A stretch of DNA of 64,000 nucleotides from an uncultured Bacteroidota bacterium (GCA_963700635.1 CAVOYH010000002.1:32001-96000), one strand, 5' to 3'. Positions 38,438 through 50,421 are shown, counted from the first letter of the stretch. Program-made: numbers and translations. Notes: a model not told the origin generated them from the sequence alone.

Positions 38438-41182
38438 CTACTGTTTCAGCCGTTGTATGATCCCGGGGAGAGCCAGGAGCGCCTCGTCGAGTCGAGAAGG
38501 GTCTTTGCCTCCCGCGGTAGCCAGATGGGGGCGGCCCCCTCCTCCTCCGCCAACAAGCTTAGCGGCTTCACCGACGATCTTTCCGGCCTGCAGTGATGTG
38601 GACCGTAGAAGGTCATCCGTCACCACGCAGAGAAGTGTGGCCTTGCTGTCAATCACGGCGCCGAGCAGCCCCACCCCGGATCCCAGGCGGGTGCGGAGCG
38701 AATCCCCGATCCGCTTGAGGTCGTCAATATCCGGAACTTCGATCCGGGAAGTCACCACACGAATCCCTTCAATGGTCTGCGCTGCCGCCACGAGGGCATC
38801 GAGCGAGGAAGCCGCATCGGCGACATGTGCCTTGCTGACCTCCTTTTTTAGCTCCATCGTTGAGGAAGTCAGCTGATCAATTGTACGATGGCGTGATTCC
38901 AAACCGGATTCGACCTCGTCAATCGCCGTCTGTGTCAACTCCGCGGCGGGTACAGTAAGAGTAGCGGAAGATGGACGCTTCAGGCGGGGAGCCGTTTCTC
39001 CGTGTTGTTGAATCTGGCGCTCAAGCTCGGACTGTTCTTCGATAAGGCGCGCGATGCGCTCATCAAGTTCCGTGGCCTTGCGCACCTGCTCGTCGAGGTA
39101 CTGTCGGAGCCCCTCACCTGTTACCGCTTCGATGCGTCGGACGCCACTGGCTATTCCGGTCTCGGAGATAATCTTGAACAGGCCGATCTCACCGGTCGAG
39201 GCAACATGGGTGCCGCCGCAGAACTCGACGCTGAAGCTTTCGTCAATAAAGACGACGCGAACGGTGTCGCCGTATTTATCGCCAAAGAACATCTTCACGT
39301 TAGGTACTTTGCGGGCTTTCTCGACCGGGATATCCACATCCGTGTGTACGGTGATGTCTTCTGCGATCTTGGCGTTCACCATCTCCTCGATCGCGCGGAT
39401 TTCCGGCGGAGTGATCTTCCCGAAATGGGGGAAATCGAACCGCAGGCGGTCGGGTGCAACAAGCGAGCCCTGCTGGTGCACATGGGTGCCGAGTACGCGG
39501 CGGAGGGCTTCATGAACAAGATGCGTTGCGGAATGGTTACGCTGAATGTTGCGGCGGCGCGGGGCGTCAACACGGGCCCGCACGGTGCCCTCGCGGACCT
39601 GCCCCGGGGAGCCACGCAGGAATCGTACTTCGTGAACGATACGCTTGTCCAGCCGGATCGAATCCACAACTTCGGCAGCAAACTGTTCCCCTTCGATAAT
39701 ACCGACATCATCAACCTGCCCGCCGGATTCCACATAAAACGGGGTACGGTCGAGCCAGAGATACTTGCCTTCCACAATGCGGCCGAGATGTGCTTCTGTC
39801 TCGGTCATCCCGTAACCGACAAATTCCGAAGGAGGGAGGTCGCTGAGTTCTTTTACCAGTGTTGATGCCACCTCGATGACATCGATCTTTCCCGCGTCGC
39901 GCGCCCGGGAGCGTTGTTCTTCCATACGCTGCGTAAATTCACCGGTATCCACCTTCAGGCCGCGCTCCTCGGCCATCAATTGAGTCAGGTCGAGCGGAAA
40001 ACCGTATGTGTCGTACAGCTTGAACGCATCATCACCCGGGAAAACCGTCGAGTGTCCGATCCGTTCCAGAACGGATTCGAAAATCTCAATACCCCGGTCG
40101 AGGGTGGCATTAAAACTTTCCTCTTCGGACCTGATGGTACGTTTGATGTGTGTGCGCCTGTCGAGGAGTTCAGGGAACACATGGCCCATGGTATCGACGA
40201 CGGCATCTGCGATGGAATAGATGAAGGGTTCGCGCATGCCCAGATTGCGTCCGAACCGTGCTGCGCGGCGAAGAATACGGCGGAGCACATATCCACGTCC
40301 GTCATTACCCGGGATCGCGCCGTCGGCAATGGCGAAGCTGAGCATGCGGATATGGTCGGCGATTACCCGCATCGCCACCTGTTCTGCATCGGAACCGTAC
40401 GGACGGCCCGTTGCCTGACTGATGGCTGAAAGAATTGGCGTGAAGACGTCCGTGTCGTAATTTGACTGTTTCCCCTGGAGGACTGCGCAGATTCGTTCAA
40501 AGCCCATACCCGTATCAACGTGGGTCGCGGGCAGCTGCTCGAGAGTGCCTGACAGAGTCCGGTTGTTCTGGATGAACACCAGATTCCATATTTCCATGAC
40601 ACGCGGGTCGCCGGCATTAACCAGGTGTCCTCCGGAACGATCGGGGGTCAGGTCGATATGAATTTCGGAGCAGGGCCCGCACGGTCCCGTATCGCCCATC
40701 TCCCAGAAGTTGTCCTTTTTCCCGAAGGGGAGGATGTGGGAGGGGTCAATGTCCGTTTCGGACTTCCATAACGAAGCCGCCTCCGCATCGGTCTCGAACA
40801 CCGTCGCATACAAACGGGACTTGTCCAGTTTCCAGACGCCGGTAAGCAAATCCCAGGCCCAGGAGATAGCTTCCTTTTTGTAATAGTCTCCGAAGGACCA
40901 GTTACCCAGCATTTCAAAGAAGGTGTGATGATAGGTGTCACGGCCGACTTCTTCAAGGTCATTGTGCTTGCCGCTGACCCGGATACATTTTTGCGTGTCG
41001 GCGGCCCGCGCATAGTCACGGGTACCGGTTCCGAGGAAGACGTCTTTGAACTGGTTCATTCCGGCGTTGGTGAACAGTAACGTGGGATCACCATGGGGTA
41101 TGACGGGAGCACTGGGGACAATACGGTGGTTGTGCCGTGCAAAAAAATCAAAAAAACTCTGTCTGACCTCGTCCGCCTTCAT
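38438..41182 (-). CDS. alaS: alanine--tRNA ligase
   Basis: [46 protein letters not shown]. Confidence 0.99.
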   Translation of the reverse strand: MKADEVRQSFFDFFARHNHRIVPSAPVIPHGDPTLLFTNAGMNQFKDVFLGTGTRDYARAADTQKCIRVSGKHNDLEEVGRDTYHHTFFEMLGNWSFGDYYKKEAISWAWDLLTGVWKLDKSRLYATVFETDAEAASLWKSETDIDPSHILPFGKKDNFWEMGDTGPCGPCSEIHIDLTPDRSGGHLVNAGDPRVMEIWNLVFIQNNRTLSGTLEQLPATHVDTGMGFERICAVLQGKQSNYDTDVFTPILSAISQATGRPYGSDAEQVAMRVIADHIRMLSFAIADGAIPGNDGRGYVLRRILRRAARFGRNLGMREPFIYSIADAVVDTMGHVFPELLDRRTHIKRTIRSEEESFNATLDRGIEIFESVLERIGHSTVFPGDDAFKLYDTYGFPLDLTQLMAEERGLKVDTGEFTQRMEEQRSRARDAGKIDVIEVASTLVKELSDLPPSEFVGYGMTETEAHLGRIVEGKYLWLDRTPFYVESGGQVDDVGIIEGEQFAAEVVDSIRLDKRIVHEVRFLRGSPGQVREGTVRARVDAPRRRNIQRNHSATHLVHEALRRVLGTHVHQQGSLVAPDRLRFDFPHFGKITPPEIRAIEEMVNAKIAEDITVHTDVDIPVEKARKVPNVKMFFGDKYGDTVRVVFIDESFSVEFCGGTHVASTGEIGLFKIISETGIASGVRRIEAVTGEGLRQYLDEQVRKATELDERIARLIEEQSELERQIQQHGETAPRLKRPSSATLTVPAAELTQTAIDEVESGLESRHRTIDQLTSSTMELKKEVSKAHVADAASSLDALVAAAQTIEGIRVVTSRIEVPDIDDLKRIGDSLRTRLGSGVGLLGAVIDSKATLLCVVTDDLLRSTSLQAGKIVGEAAKLVGGGGGGRPHLATAGGKDPSRLDEALLALPGIIQRLKQ

Positions 41183-41460
41183 TACACCTCTATCTGTGTC
41201 ATCAATTGGATCTCTTCCAGAATACTGCTTACCTGCACGCACCTGATCATCTCACCGTAAAACACGATGGCTTTTCCTTTTGTGTGGACTTCCCACGCAA
41301 GGCCTTCGGCCTTGTCCTTGGTGCAGAGGGTGGCCTTTATCAGTTGCGTAATGACCTCTTCGAACGTATGGACCTCGTCGTTGAACAGGATCACCTTTCC
41401 AGGTTCCTGTATCTGGACGTCTTCTTCAACGTGTTCAAGTTCGAGGGGATCTGTGGTCAT
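41182..41460 (-). CDS. clpS: ClpS-like adaptor
   Basis: [15 protein letters not shown]...EVHTKGKA; TAATG overlap with alaS. Confidence 0.85.
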   Translation of the reverse strand: MTTDPLELEHVEEDVQIQEPGKVILFNDEVHTFEEVITQLIKATLCTKDKAEGLAWEVHTKGKAIVFYGEMIRCVQVSSILEEIQLMTQIEV

Positions 41461-41601
41461 GGTCAAAAACTCAAAATGTCCTTAAATAATAGCAAAAATT
41501 GGGGTGTATTGCAATGCGGTGACTTGCGTGAAGTTGTCGCTCTGTGTATATTATCCCACGTATTTCTGAGAATTCCCGTCAACAAACCTAGGACATCGTG
41601 T

Positions 41602-44052
41602 ATGATCCACGATCTCGATCTTATCCAGCGGGTGTACGCCCGCACGCCGGGCCGGATCCGGGTTGCAAGAAAAATCATCGGTCGACCGCTGACCCTCACC
41701 GAAAAGATCCTCTTTGCCCACTACTGGCGGCCGGTCAAAAGTCCGGCTGAACGGGGAGTATCGTACGTGGAATTTGCCCCGGATCGTGTGGCAATGCAGG
41801 ACGCGACGGCGCAGATGGCCCTTCTGCAATTTATGTCCGCCGGGATCCCTACGGTGGCAGTCCCTTCAACGGTGCACTGTGATCACCTGATCCAGGCACA
41901 GGTCGGGGCGGATGCAGATCTGGAGCAGGCCCACCACGATAACGCGGAGGTGTATCATTTTCTGGGCGGTGTCTCCGCCAAGCACGGTATCGGGTTCTGG
42001 AAACCGGGGTCGGGGATCATCCATCAGGTTGTCCTGGAGAACTACGCATTTCCCGGTGGGATGATGATCGGGACAGATTCGCACACGCCAAACGCTGGCG
42101 GGCTTGGCATGCTTGCCATCGGAGTCGGGGGCGCCGATGCGGTGGATGTCATGGCGGGAATGCCCTGGGAATTGAAGTTCCCGAAAGTCATCGGGGTGCA
42201 TCTGACAGGCGAGCTGCACGGTTGGGCGAGTGCCAAGGATGTGATCCTCAAGCTGGCAGGGATCCTCACGGTCAAAGGGGGAACCGGAGCCATTGTGGAA
42301 TATTTTGGTGAGGGCACACGCTCAATTTCGGCCACCGGGAAGGGGACGATCTGTAACATGGGGGCGGAAATCGGCGCCACGACTTCCGTGTTCCCCTACG
42401 ATGATCGTATGGCAGCCTATCTCCAGGCCACCGGTCGCGCGAAGGTCGCAGACCTTGCTAACGGTATTGTGGAATTTCTCCGGGCCGATCCTGATACAGC
42501 GGCTTCCCCTTCAAAGTTTTACGATCAGGTCATCGAGATTAATCTTTCCGAACTGGAGCCGATGATCAACGGACCGTTCTCACCGGACCGCGCCTGGAAG
42601 CTTTCGGAGTTTGCGGCGGCAGTCCGGTCCAACAACTATCCCGATGAACTCAGAGTGGCGCTGATCGGAAGCTGCACGAACTCGAGCTATGAAGATATCG
42701 AGCGTGCTACCAGTATTGCACGACAGGCCCTCCGGTACGGATTGAAGGCAAAGTCCGAGTTCACCATTACCCCGGGGTCGGAACAGGTGCGTGCAACGAT
42801 CGAGCGGGATGGCCATCTGAAGGTGTTAACCGATATGGGCGGACGTGTGCTGGCAAATGCATGCGGGCCGTGTATCGGACAATGGAAGCGGCATGATGTG
42901 CAAAAGGGAGATCGTAATTCCATCATTACTTCCTTCAACCGGAACTTTGCCGGACGTAATGATGCCAACCCGGAAACACACGCCTTTGTTGCAAGTCCGG
43001 AGATTGTGACTGCGTTTGCGCTAGCCGGACGGTTAACGTTTAATCCGTCCAGCGACGTGCTTGTGAACCAGCAGGGTGAAACGGTACGGCTGACTCCTCC
43101 CGGCGGGGCGGAACTTCCGCTCAATGGGTTCACGCAGGGTGTTCAGGGGTATGTTCCCCCTGCAAAAAACGGTTCAAAAATCCGCGTAGAAATATCCGGA
43201 TCAAGCGATCGCCTCCAGGTTCTTCTTCCCTTCCCGGCCTGGGACGGTATGGACATCATCGACCTTCCGGTCCTGGTGAAAGCCAGGGGCAAGTGCACGA
43301 CCGATCACATCTCTCCAGCAGGAAAATGGCTTAAGTACAGGGGTCACCTTGACAATATTTCGAACAACATGTTCGTGGGAGCCCTGAATGCTTTTACGGG
43401 CGAGGCAGGCCTTGGGCGTAATGTGTTGACCGGCGAGAAGAAAGAATTCTCAGCGGTTGCACGTGAGTACAAAGTCCGTGGGGTGGGATGGGTTGTGTTC
43501 GGGGATGAGAACTATGGCGAGGGATCCAGCCGCGAACACGCCGCGATGGAGCCTCGCTGGCTCGGGGGCCGGGCGATTATCGTAAAGAGTTTTGCGCGGA
43601 TTCACGAGACCAATCTGAAAAAGCAGGGGATGCTACCGTTGACGTTTGCCCGACCTGCCGACTACGATCTGGTGCGGGAGGATGACCTTGTTTCGATCAT
43701 CGGACTGACCGATCTGAAACCCGCTACTCCGCTGACCCTCGTGCTGAAACACGCCGACGGGACGGCGGATGAATGCCTCCTGAATCATTCGTTCAATAAG
43801 AACCAGATCGAGTGGTTCAGGGCAGGGAGTGCACTGAATCTGATAGCGGCGGGAACAAGCAAGCAGACAAGTGGTACACGCGAGCAAGCGTGCCGCCAGC
43901 ACAAAAAGTGCGAAGCCAAAGCGTCCGAAGCCGAAGGGCAAGAAGCTGGGTGCAAAGAAGCTGGCTGCGAAGAAGTTGGCTGCGAAGAAGCTGGCTGCCA
44001 GGAGACTGACGCCCAAGAAGCGCGGGAGAAAGGGTGTAGGATCGGCAGGTAG
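41602..44052 (+). CDS. acn: aconitate hydratase (mitochondrial-like type), C-terminus probably frameshifted
   Basis: [61 protein letters not shown]. Confidence 0.97.
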   Translation: MIHDLDLIQRVYARTPGRIRVARKIIGRPLTLTEKILFAHYWRPVKSPAERGVSYVEFAPDRVAMQDATAQMALLQFMSAGIPTVAVPSTVHCDHLIQAQVGADADLEQAHHDNAEVYHFLGGVSAKHGIGFWKPGSGIIHQVVLENYAFPGGMMIGTDSHTPNAGGLGMLAIGVGGADAVDVMAGMPWELKFPKVIGVHLTGELHGWASAKDVILKLAGILTVKGGTGAIVEYFGEGTRSISATGKGTICNMGAEIGATTSVFPYDDRMAAYLQATGRAKVADLANGIVEFLRADPDTAASPSKFYDQVIEINLSELEPMINGPFSPDRAWKLSEFAAAVRSNNYPDELRVALIGSCTNSSYEDIERATSIARQALRYGLKAKSEFTITPGSEQVRATIERDGHLKVLTDMGGRVLANACGPCIGQWKRHDVQKGDRNSIITSFNRNFAGRNDANPETHAFVASPEIVTAFALAGRLTFNPSSDVLVNQQGETVRLTPPGGAELPLNGFTQGVQGYVPPAKNGSKIRVEISGSSDRLQVLLPFPAWDGMDIIDLPVLVKARGKCTTDHISPAGKWLKYRGHLDNISNNMFVGALNAFTGEAGLGRNVLTGEKKEFSAVAREYKVRGVGWVVFGDENYGEGSSREHAAMEPRWLGGRAIIVKSFARIHETNLKKQGMLPLTFARPADYDLVREDDLVSIIGLTDLKPATPLTLVLKHADGTADECLLNHSFNKNQIEWFRAGSALNLIAAGTSKQTSGTREQACRQHKKCEAKASEAEGQEAGCKEAGCEEVGCEEAGCQETDAQEAREKGCRIGR

Positions 44053-44260
44053 GAAAGCGGCACCTGTGAAGAAAAAGGGGATAAAAGCCCCGGGCAAAAG
44101 GAAGGCCGGGAGGGCTTCTACGGTCAAAAGCACGGGCAAGCGTACCGCCAGCAAGCGGACCGCCCGGAAGGGGACCTTCAGGAAGGGCGCATCCGGAAGA
44201 ACTACGGCCAGAAAACCTGCCGTACGACGGCGAAAAAATCCCCGTACACGGAGGAAATAG
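43871..44260 (+). CDS. histone H1-like Lys/Arg/Ala-rich polypeptide (separate ORF or aconitase tail)
   Basis: KKLAA repeats and [10 protein letters not shown]-type sequence; fills the gap before brxA/B; no SD for GTG 43871. Confidence 0.7.
   Translation: MVHASKRAASTKSAKPKRPKPKGKKLGAKKLAAKKLAAKKLAARRLTPKKRGRKGVGSAGRKAAPVKKKGIKAPGKRKAGRASTVKSTGKRTASKRTARKGTFRKGASGRTTARKPAVRRRKNPRTRRK
43940..43999 (+). repeat. 4 x 15-nt tandem repeat
   Basis: AAGAAGCTGGGTGCA, AAGAAGCTGGCTGCG, AAGAAGTTGGCTGCG, AAGAAGCTGGCTGCC. Confidence 0.92.
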
Positions 44261-44329
44261 CGGAACCTGGCGCCCGCATAGTGCGTTATGAGTCTAAGAA
44301 GGCTCTTTTCATAACAACAGGAACGTGCT

Positions 44330-44770
44330 ATGCGCTACGACCCGCAGATGATTCAGCCATACCGGGATGAGTTAACCCGTCTCGGATTCAAAGAACTCCA
44401 GACCGTCGATGACGTTGATCAGTCGCTGCTGTCAGGAAAAGGTACAAATCTGCTGGTGATCAATTCCGTGTGCGGATGTGCCGCAGGCAAGGCCCGACCG
44501 GCCATTGGCATCGCGCTGAAAAATTCTCCGACCCGGCCGGATCACCTTACAACGGTGTTTGCAGGGGGAGATATCGAATCTACAGCGCGGGCGCGCCAAC
44601 ACATGGGGAACATCCCGCCTTCATCCCCGTCCATGGCACTCTGGAAGGATGGGAAACTCGTGGAGTTCATTCCCCGCTATCTTATCGAAAGCCGGGACGC
44701 CGCGACCATCGCAGATCACCTGAAAGAGATTTTCCAGGAGCATTGCAGCACCACCGTCGGGGCAAAGTGA
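44330..44770 (+). CDS. BrxA/BrxB bacilliredoxin
   Basis: NSVCGCAAGKARP, TVFAG, PPSSPSMAL. Confidence 0.95.
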   Translation: MRYDPQMIQPYRDELTRLGFKELQTVDDVDQSLLSGKGTNLLVINSVCGCAAGKARPAIGIALKNSPTRPDHLTTVFAGGDIESTARARQHMGNIPPSSPSMALWKDGKLVEFIPRYLIESRDAATIADHLKEIFQEHCSTTVGAK

Positions 44771-44807
44771 TAGACGCACTGCCCCTGATGTACCCACCGG
44801 GCTCCGT

Positions 44808-45584
44808 ATGAACCTCGTATCGATTACCGTCTATCCGATCAAAGCCCTTGATCCGGTTCATCTGAATCAGGTGCGTATTACATCGGGCGGCATCCTGGAA
44901 CATGACCGTGTGTGGGCGATACGGGGGCGGGACGGGCGGTACGTTAACGGAAAAACTTTCCCGCGCATTCACCAGCTTCGCACACGGTATATGCTTCCGA
45001 GCGGCTATGTGACGGTGGCCTGTATGGGGGAACCCGACGAATTCACGTACTCACTCGAGAGGGAACAACATATCCTGGGTGACTGGCTGGAGCGGAAGCT
45101 CGAGATCCCAATTGAAATTGTCAACGATGAGGAACATGGTTTTCCCGACGACACCCGCGCCAGCGGGCCTACGGTGGTCAGCAAGGCCACGCTCGAGACA
45201 GTTGCCTCCTGGTTTCGGGGGATGACCGTGGAGGATGTGCACCGCCGCTTCAGGCCGAACCTTGTCATCGCCGGCGTACCTCCGTTCTGGGAAGATCACC
45301 TTTACGCCCGATCAGGCGAGGTGCAATTCCGGGTGGGAGACGTCACCCTGAGCGGAATGAATCCGTGTGCACGATGCGCGGTTCCCACACGTAACCCCGT
45401 AACCGGAAAAGAGAACCGCAGCTTCATGAAGAAATTTATCGAACGCCGGCGGGAGACGTTACCAGCCTGGGCAGAGCGCTCCCGCTTCGACCATTTTTAC
45501 CGGCTTGTCACCAACACGCGCATCGATCCGTCCGAATCGGGGAAGGTTCTCCGGGTCGGCGATCCCGTTGTGTTCCCCGCCTGA
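44808..45584 (+). CDS. MOSC domain protein
   Basis: YPIKA, DRVWA, RRFRPNLV, PCARCAVP. Confidence 0.92.
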   Translation: MNLVSITVYPIKALDPVHLNQVRITSGGILEHDRVWAIRGRDGRYVNGKTFPRIHQLRTRYMLPSGYVTVACMGEPDEFTYSLEREQHILGDWLERKLEIPIEIVNDEEHGFPDDTRASGPTVVSKATLETVASWFRGMTVEDVHRRFRPNLVIAGVPPFWEDHLYARSGEVQFRVGDVTLSGMNPCARCAVPTRNPVTGKENRSFMKKFIERRRETLPAWAERSRFDHFYRLVTNTRIDPSESGKVLRVGDPVVFPA

Positions 45585-45623
45585 ACCCCTTCCGTCAGCG
45601 ATTCAGATCACCTTCCACCCGGT

Positions 45624-47687
45624 TCACTCACCGATACCATATCGTTCAGAGATGTCCAGGGGCGGCATTGGGCCCTGGAGGGGTTTGGCATCACGCACAT
45701 ACCAGTCATACCAGTCCAACGTACGATGCAGCAGATCGATACGCCCCGGTTGTTTCGCATTCCCATGCTGCTCGCCCGGATACTGGACAAGCCTGACTGC
45801 GGGGTGGTTGTTCATCTTCATGATACGATAGAGTTCCAGGCTCTGGGATGGGTGAACCCTGGTATCATCAGCGCCGCCGCATATAAGTGTCGCTGTGGAA
45901 CTCTGTTTGGCCCAGTATATCGGACTTCTTTTCAGACTTAACTCCCACATCTCCTCGAGGGGCTTCCCTGAATGAACATACAGCTCCTCATAGGGGATAT
46001 CGGTAGTTCCACGCCGGCTGATGAGGTCGCTTACCCCCACGAACATGAGTACGGCACGCACGTAGCGCGTGTAGTATGTCGCAAACCATGCAGCGGCATA
46101 TCCTCCGTAGGATCCTCCGCCCAGTCCGACGCGTTCACGGTCGGCAATCCCTTCGGAAACAAGGTAGTCAATCCCGTCGGCGATATCATCGAACTCCTTC
46201 CCTGCGGGATCCCCTAACCCCTGCGCCGCAAATTCCAGGCCGTATCCCGTGCTGGCACGATAGTTCGGATAGAACACGGCGTACCCTCTGGCAGCCAGTA
46301 CCTGACCGGGTTCGCCGTATGAACTGAGCCACCCATGTGAGTAGTGTGCTTCGGGTCCGCCATGAACCACGACAATCAGGGGATACTTTTTCCCTTTTTC
46401 ATAACCAACAGGCGAGAGAAGGAGCCCTTCAATTTCCAATCCATCCCGCGCCTTATACCGGATGACGCTTTGCGTTCCGAGCGTGATGGTGCCGAGTTCC
46501 GGAGACACGGTGGTAAGGCGCTGAACATCTTTTCCGGGAGTCCAGAAAAACAGATCACCCGGACAGGTAGGCGACTGCCCGACAAACGCCCATACGTTAG
46601 GGCCGGGCACCATCGAGGGACTTCCGAATACGATTCCTGACTGCTCCGAGGAAAGGAGTATCTGCCGGCCGGTGCCGTCTGGCTTGACTGTAGAAAGTGT
46701 TGTCCGCACCCCCTCACCCGCACGGTACACCAGGGTGCGGTTGTCACTCCATTCGACCCAGTTGATATGGCCCCGGAAATTCGGGGGTGTTACGTTCAGG
46801 TGGGTGCCACCCCTGAGGTGGACGACAAAGGCCTGGCTTACCGAGTGGTCGGATCGTTGCTTTGCGGCGGCGACGGCCAGAGATGACCCATCAGGGCTAA
46901 ACGCGTACTCGCCCAGCTTCCCGGGGGGCGAAAACACGAGCGTCTTTGTCTTTTCCCGGAGGGAGAGAAGGTAAATCTTCTGAAACATATAACTCTCGTC
47001 GATGCTGTTCTTCGGGGAAACAGCAACCGCAGCACTGTTACCATCCGGCGAGAATTCGAACGACCAGACGTTTTCCTGTGCGGTGAGTTGCCGGGGCTCT
47101 CCTGATCCATCCACGCTGGCAACAAACAGGGTACGTGGGCGAAGGTTCTCCTCGTAGAAAATAAATCCGTACCCTTTACTCTCGAGTTTCCTCTCCCTGG
47201 AAGTCCTGGGCACAAGAGCGAGATATCCCAGCATTGTCCCGGAAGGGTGCCAGCGGAACGAAAGGACGCCTTCCTCTGCCTTTGTCACCTGGACGGCCTC
47301 TCCACCCCCGGCGCTGATCATCCATACCTGCGTCTGGGCTTTCTCACCCCGCTTCATCGTGAAGGCAATGGACAGGCCATCGGGGCTCCAGGCAGGTGCT
47401 CCAACCCGGACTTTCCCCGCTATGAACGACCTTGAGTTTCCCGTGCGCCGGGAGTAAACATGCAGTTCATTATATGATGCTCCCGGATCATCTGCCGGGA
47501 GCCGGGGCACTTCGACTGTGTAGGCGATAGACTCTCCGTCGGGGCTTACTGCAGCTGTTGACACGCGACGAAGGCTCAAAAATGTCTCCGGAGTGAGAAC
47601 ATCCGCAATGGTCAGGGTTGTGCCCATGACGATCAGAATCCCCAGGAAGAATACTATCGTCCGACGGGCTTTGATATATTCAGTCAT
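45624..47687 (-). CDS. S9 family peptidase
   Basis: SPDG propeller repeats, HGGPE, GGSYGG, DTRV, GEQHG. Confidence 0.95.
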   Translation of the reverse strand: MTEYIKARRTIVFFLGILIVMGTTLTIADVLTPETFLSLRRVSTAAVSPDGESIAYTVEVPRLPADDPGASYNELHVYSRRTGNSRSFIAGKVRVGAPAWSPDGLSIAFTMKRGEKAQTQVWMISAGGGEAVQVTKAEEGVLSFRWHPSGTMLGYLALVPRTSRERKLESKGYGFIFYEENLRPRTLFVASVDGSGEPRQLTAQENVWSFEFSPDGNSAAVAVSPKNSIDESYMFQKIYLLSLREKTKTLVFSPPGKLGEYAFSPDGSSLAVAAAKQRSDHSVSQAFVVHLRGGTHLNVTPPNFRGHINWVEWSDNRTLVYRAGEGVRTTLSTVKPDGTGRQILLSSEQSGIVFGSPSMVPGPNVWAFVGQSPTCPGDLFFWTPGKDVQRLTTVSPELGTITLGTQSVIRYKARDGLEIEGLLLSPVGYEKGKKYPLIVVVHGGPEAHYSHGWLSSYGEPGQVLAARGYAVFYPNYRASTGYGLEFAAQGLGDPAGKEFDDIADGIDYLVSEGIADRERVGLGGGSYGGYAAAWFATYYTRYVRAVLMFVGVSDLISRRGTTDIPYEELYVHSGKPLEEMWELSLKRSPIYWAKQSSTATLICGGADDTRVHPSQSLELYRIMKMNNHPAVRLVQYPGEQHGNAKQPGRIDLLHRTLDWYDWYVRDAKPLQGPMPPLDISERYGIGE

Positions 47688-47728
47688 AGGTTTTATTCCT
47701 CTTGTATAACTTGTTGTGGTTAAAAGAG

Positions 47729-48733
47729 TTAGCCTGTCTTTGCTGAATTATGGGATAGAGGATATTTTTTGATAAGCCAGTGTGTTACCACCACAACCAG
47801 TGTCGCCAGCACTGTTCTTTCGGCCAAAACAATAAGGAGTGTGTGAGGGTCCTGAATCAGGGTGTTTATGACGTTCTGGACCTCCAGGAGCACCAGGAAC
47901 ACGGCGGTTGCCAGAACCACCCCTAAAACGCGCTTTATGACCGTTCGGGGCAGATCCAGGGCTTTCAGCCGCCCGGATAGTATGTACCCGGTGTTCAGCC
48001 CCAGCAGAACAGCGGACTCCTCGCGTGCTGGTGTGACAAAAATGATGGCTGCAATTGGGAGCACGAACAGATAGACCGTTTCTGCAAAGCTCAAGAAGGG
48101 TGCGTGCTCCCGATACTCCTCGGGTTTGCCGGGACCGATGACCCGGCCACGTTGTAGTGAAGCGACGAAGAGGAGGACAAGCACTCCGAGAAACAAGCCG
48201 CCGAGGACATCCGCCAGAAAGTGCCTGCCGAGATAGATGCGGGAGAGGGGCATCAGGAACACGAGGGCAAGGGTACACCATGCAAGCCAGGAGCGGCGGA
48301 ACAGGAGGGCAAGAGACCCCCATGTTGCGATGGAGGAACTGCAGTGCCCGGAAGGGAATCCGTAGAGCAGATCAGGGACATTCCGGTAATAGGCGACAAC
48401 GTCATCGGGCAGGGGAGCAAGGAACCCCGGGGCGCCCCGCCCGAGAAACGGAGACGGATGTGACCCGGCATTGGTATAGTCAACCACCAGTGAGTCGACA
48501 TCCACCGGGCGCGGCAGGGCAAACGTATCCTTAAGCGCGGCAGTGAGGATTGCTGTCCAGAGAATAATCTGCATCATGATAAATCCCCGATGCCGGTCGA
48601 TGCCGAACAGCAGGACCATGATCAACAGCGTGTAGAACTCTTCTTCGCCGAGCATGCTGACAGCCTGCATTGCGAAACGCAAAAGAGGGGAGTCAAAGGA
48701 TTGGAACCAGCGATGAAGTTCGGTCTGGAACAT
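47729..48733 (-). CDS. PAP2 family phosphatase
   Basis: K...PRP, FPSGH, SRIYLGRHF. Confidence 0.93.
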   Translation of the reverse strand: MFQTELHRWFQSFDSPLLRFAMQAVSMLGEEEFYTLLIMVLLFGIDRHRGFIMMQIILWTAILTAALKDTFALPRPVDVDSLVVDYTNAGSHPSPFLGRGAPGFLAPLPDDVVAYYRNVPDLLYGFPSGHCSSSIATWGSLALLFRRSWLAWCTLALVFLMPLSRIYLGRHFLADVLGGLFLGVLVLLFVASLQRGRVIGPGKPEEYREHAPFLSFAETVYLFVLPIAAIIFVTPAREESAVLLGLNTGYILSGRLKALDLPRTVIKRVLGVVLATAVFLVLLEVQNVINTLIQDPHTLLIVLAERTVLATLVVVVTHWLIKKYPLSHNSAKTG

Positions 48734-48758
48734 GCGGTAACATACAACTATTCGGGGA

Positions 48759-49604
48759 ATGGTGCAAAAAGGGCAGGTGCAGGAACCATCCGGTCTTGTA
48801 TGTCTACTCTGTTTCTGGTACATTTTGTACCAATCCGTTCACGCACTATCGAGGATAACGGTGTTCGCTGCTGTCGTAGGAATGTGCCTGTTGCTCCTGA
48901 CTGATCCCGAAGGCCTTATGATTTCGGGAGACGGTGCCTTCTTCCGGATTGCCTATCCGGAGGCAATCGTCTCCTACGAAGCCGCGTTACATGCGGTGCC
49001 GGACGATCCACGACTCCTCTGGCGTCTGGCGCGTGTGTATGTCTGTATGGCTGAAACAGAAGAAGATGAGTCCGCACGGCACCGTTTGCTGGGGCACGCC
49101 GAAGAGTTTGCCCGCCGATGTATCGCGGCTGACCCATCAGGCGCGGAAGGTCACACATGGCTTGCCGCCGTTCTTGGCTACACCGCGCTGGATGCAGGGA
49201 TGGGCGAACAGGTACGGCTCTCGAAGGAGCTGGTCGAGGAAACGGAAAAAGCAATCACCCTGAATCCCGCAGATGATGCGGCATATTCCATACGGGGGTC
49301 ATTCTACAGGGCGCTGGGAAACGTCGGGTGGCTGAAGCGTCAACTTGCGGCTCTCTTGCTCGGTGAGATTCCAGAGGGTGGATTCCCCGAGGCAGAGCGG
49401 TCTCTTCTTACCGCTATCGCGCTCGCACCGGATATCATGCGGCACCACTATGAGCTGGGGATTCTGTATATGGATTGGGGACGCACTGCAGATGCCCGGC
49501 GGGCGTTGGAGCGTGCGGTGACGCTTCCGATCCGAACCGCCATCGACCGTCCGCGAAAAGAAAAATCATTACGACTTCTCAACACCCTCGCAGACGGAGA
49601 ATGA
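48759..49604 (+). CDS. TPR protein resembling RMDN (regulator of microtubule dynamics) family; start uncertain
   Basis: LLWRLARVY, GHTWLAAVLG, KAITLNP. Confidence 0.7.
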   Translation: MVQKGQVQEPSGLVCLLCFWYILYQSVHALSRITVFAAVVGMCLLLLTDPEGLMISGDGAFFRIAYPEAIVSYEAALHAVPDDPRLLWRLARVYVCMAETEEDESARHRLLGHAEEFARRCIAADPSGAEGHTWLAAVLGYTALDAGMGEQVRLSKELVEETEKAITLNPADDAAYSIRGSFYRALGNVGWLKRQLAALLLGEIPEGGFPEAERSLLTAIALAPDIMRHHYELGILYMDWGRTADARRALERAVTLPIRTAIDRPRKEKSLRLLNTLADGE

Positions 49605-49608
49605 CCCG

Positions 49609-50421
49609 GTGACTGTCCATGATGTACGCAGCATACGCAGCTGGTTCTCTTCGTTTGTGAAGGAGTATGCGCGGGGCGACAACGATGTGCGGCGGAACAT
49701 GCTTCTCAAACAGTCGCATACCAACCGGGTTTGCCGTGAAGCTCTTGCGATCGGGGGTGCGCTCGGACTGACGCCGGACGAGCTGCGAACGATTGAAGTT
49801 ATCGTGCTCCTGCATGATGTGGGTCGATTCGAGCAATATGCGCGTTACCGGACATTTTCCGACGCGCATTCCGAAAACCATGCAAAGCTCACCCTCTCAA
49901 TTCTGCGTACACGGAATGTGCTCGGGCGGTTTGATGCGCACACGCGCAGTCTGATACGGCGCGTGATCGCGTACCATAATCTCCCTCAACTCCCTCCGGG
50001 CATCAAAGACCGCACGGTACTTCTGTTTGGACGGCTCATGCGTGATGCCGACAAACTGGATATCTGGCGGCTGGTGATCAAGTATTATAACGCGGAGCCC
50101 GGTCAGAAGAACCACGCTATCTCTGTCGGGTTATCGGATACGCCGGGGATCACCCGGGAGGTCTATGCTGCCGTACTGTCCGGACGGATCGTCCAAAGCA
50201 AACATCTGAGAAATCTCAACGACTTCAAAGTCTTTCAGATGGGGTGGGTGTACGATGTCAACTTCGTACCCACGTTACGAACGGTGAGACGGAGGAAGTA
50301 TCTGGAGAAACTCCGGGCTGCTCTGCCCGATGTGCCGGAAGCGGATCACGTGTACCACGCCGTAGCGTCCGCCCTTGAGAGCCGCATTACCGCAGAAGGA
50401 TCATCTTCCGTGAAAACATGA
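49609..50421 (+). CDS. HD domain protein
   Basis: HT.RV, LLHDVGRFEQY, YHN, RDADKLDI. Confidence 0.93.
   Translation: MTVHDVRSIRSWFSSFVKEYARGDNDVRRNMLLKQSHTNRVCREALAIGGALGLTPDELRTIEVIVLLHDVGRFEQYARYRTFSDAHSENHAKLTLSILRTRNVLGRFDAHTRSLIRRVIAYHNLPQLPPGIKDRTVLLFGRLMRDADKLDIWRLVIKYYNAEPGQKNHAISVGLSDTPGITREVYAAVLSGRIVQSKHLRNLNDFKVFQMGWVYDVNFVPTLRTVRRRKYLEKLRAALPDVPEADHVYHAVASALESRITAEGSSSVKT

Noticed and set aside
41206-41601. N-terminal extension of aconitase in the ORF track
   Set aside because: Overlaps clpS antisense; aconitase similarity starts near ATG 41602.
43880-44052. Cys/Glu-rich aconitase tail as a metallothionein-like domain
   Set aside because: Repeat variation falls mostly at synonymous positions of the KKLAA frame, so the basic frame looks like the selected one.
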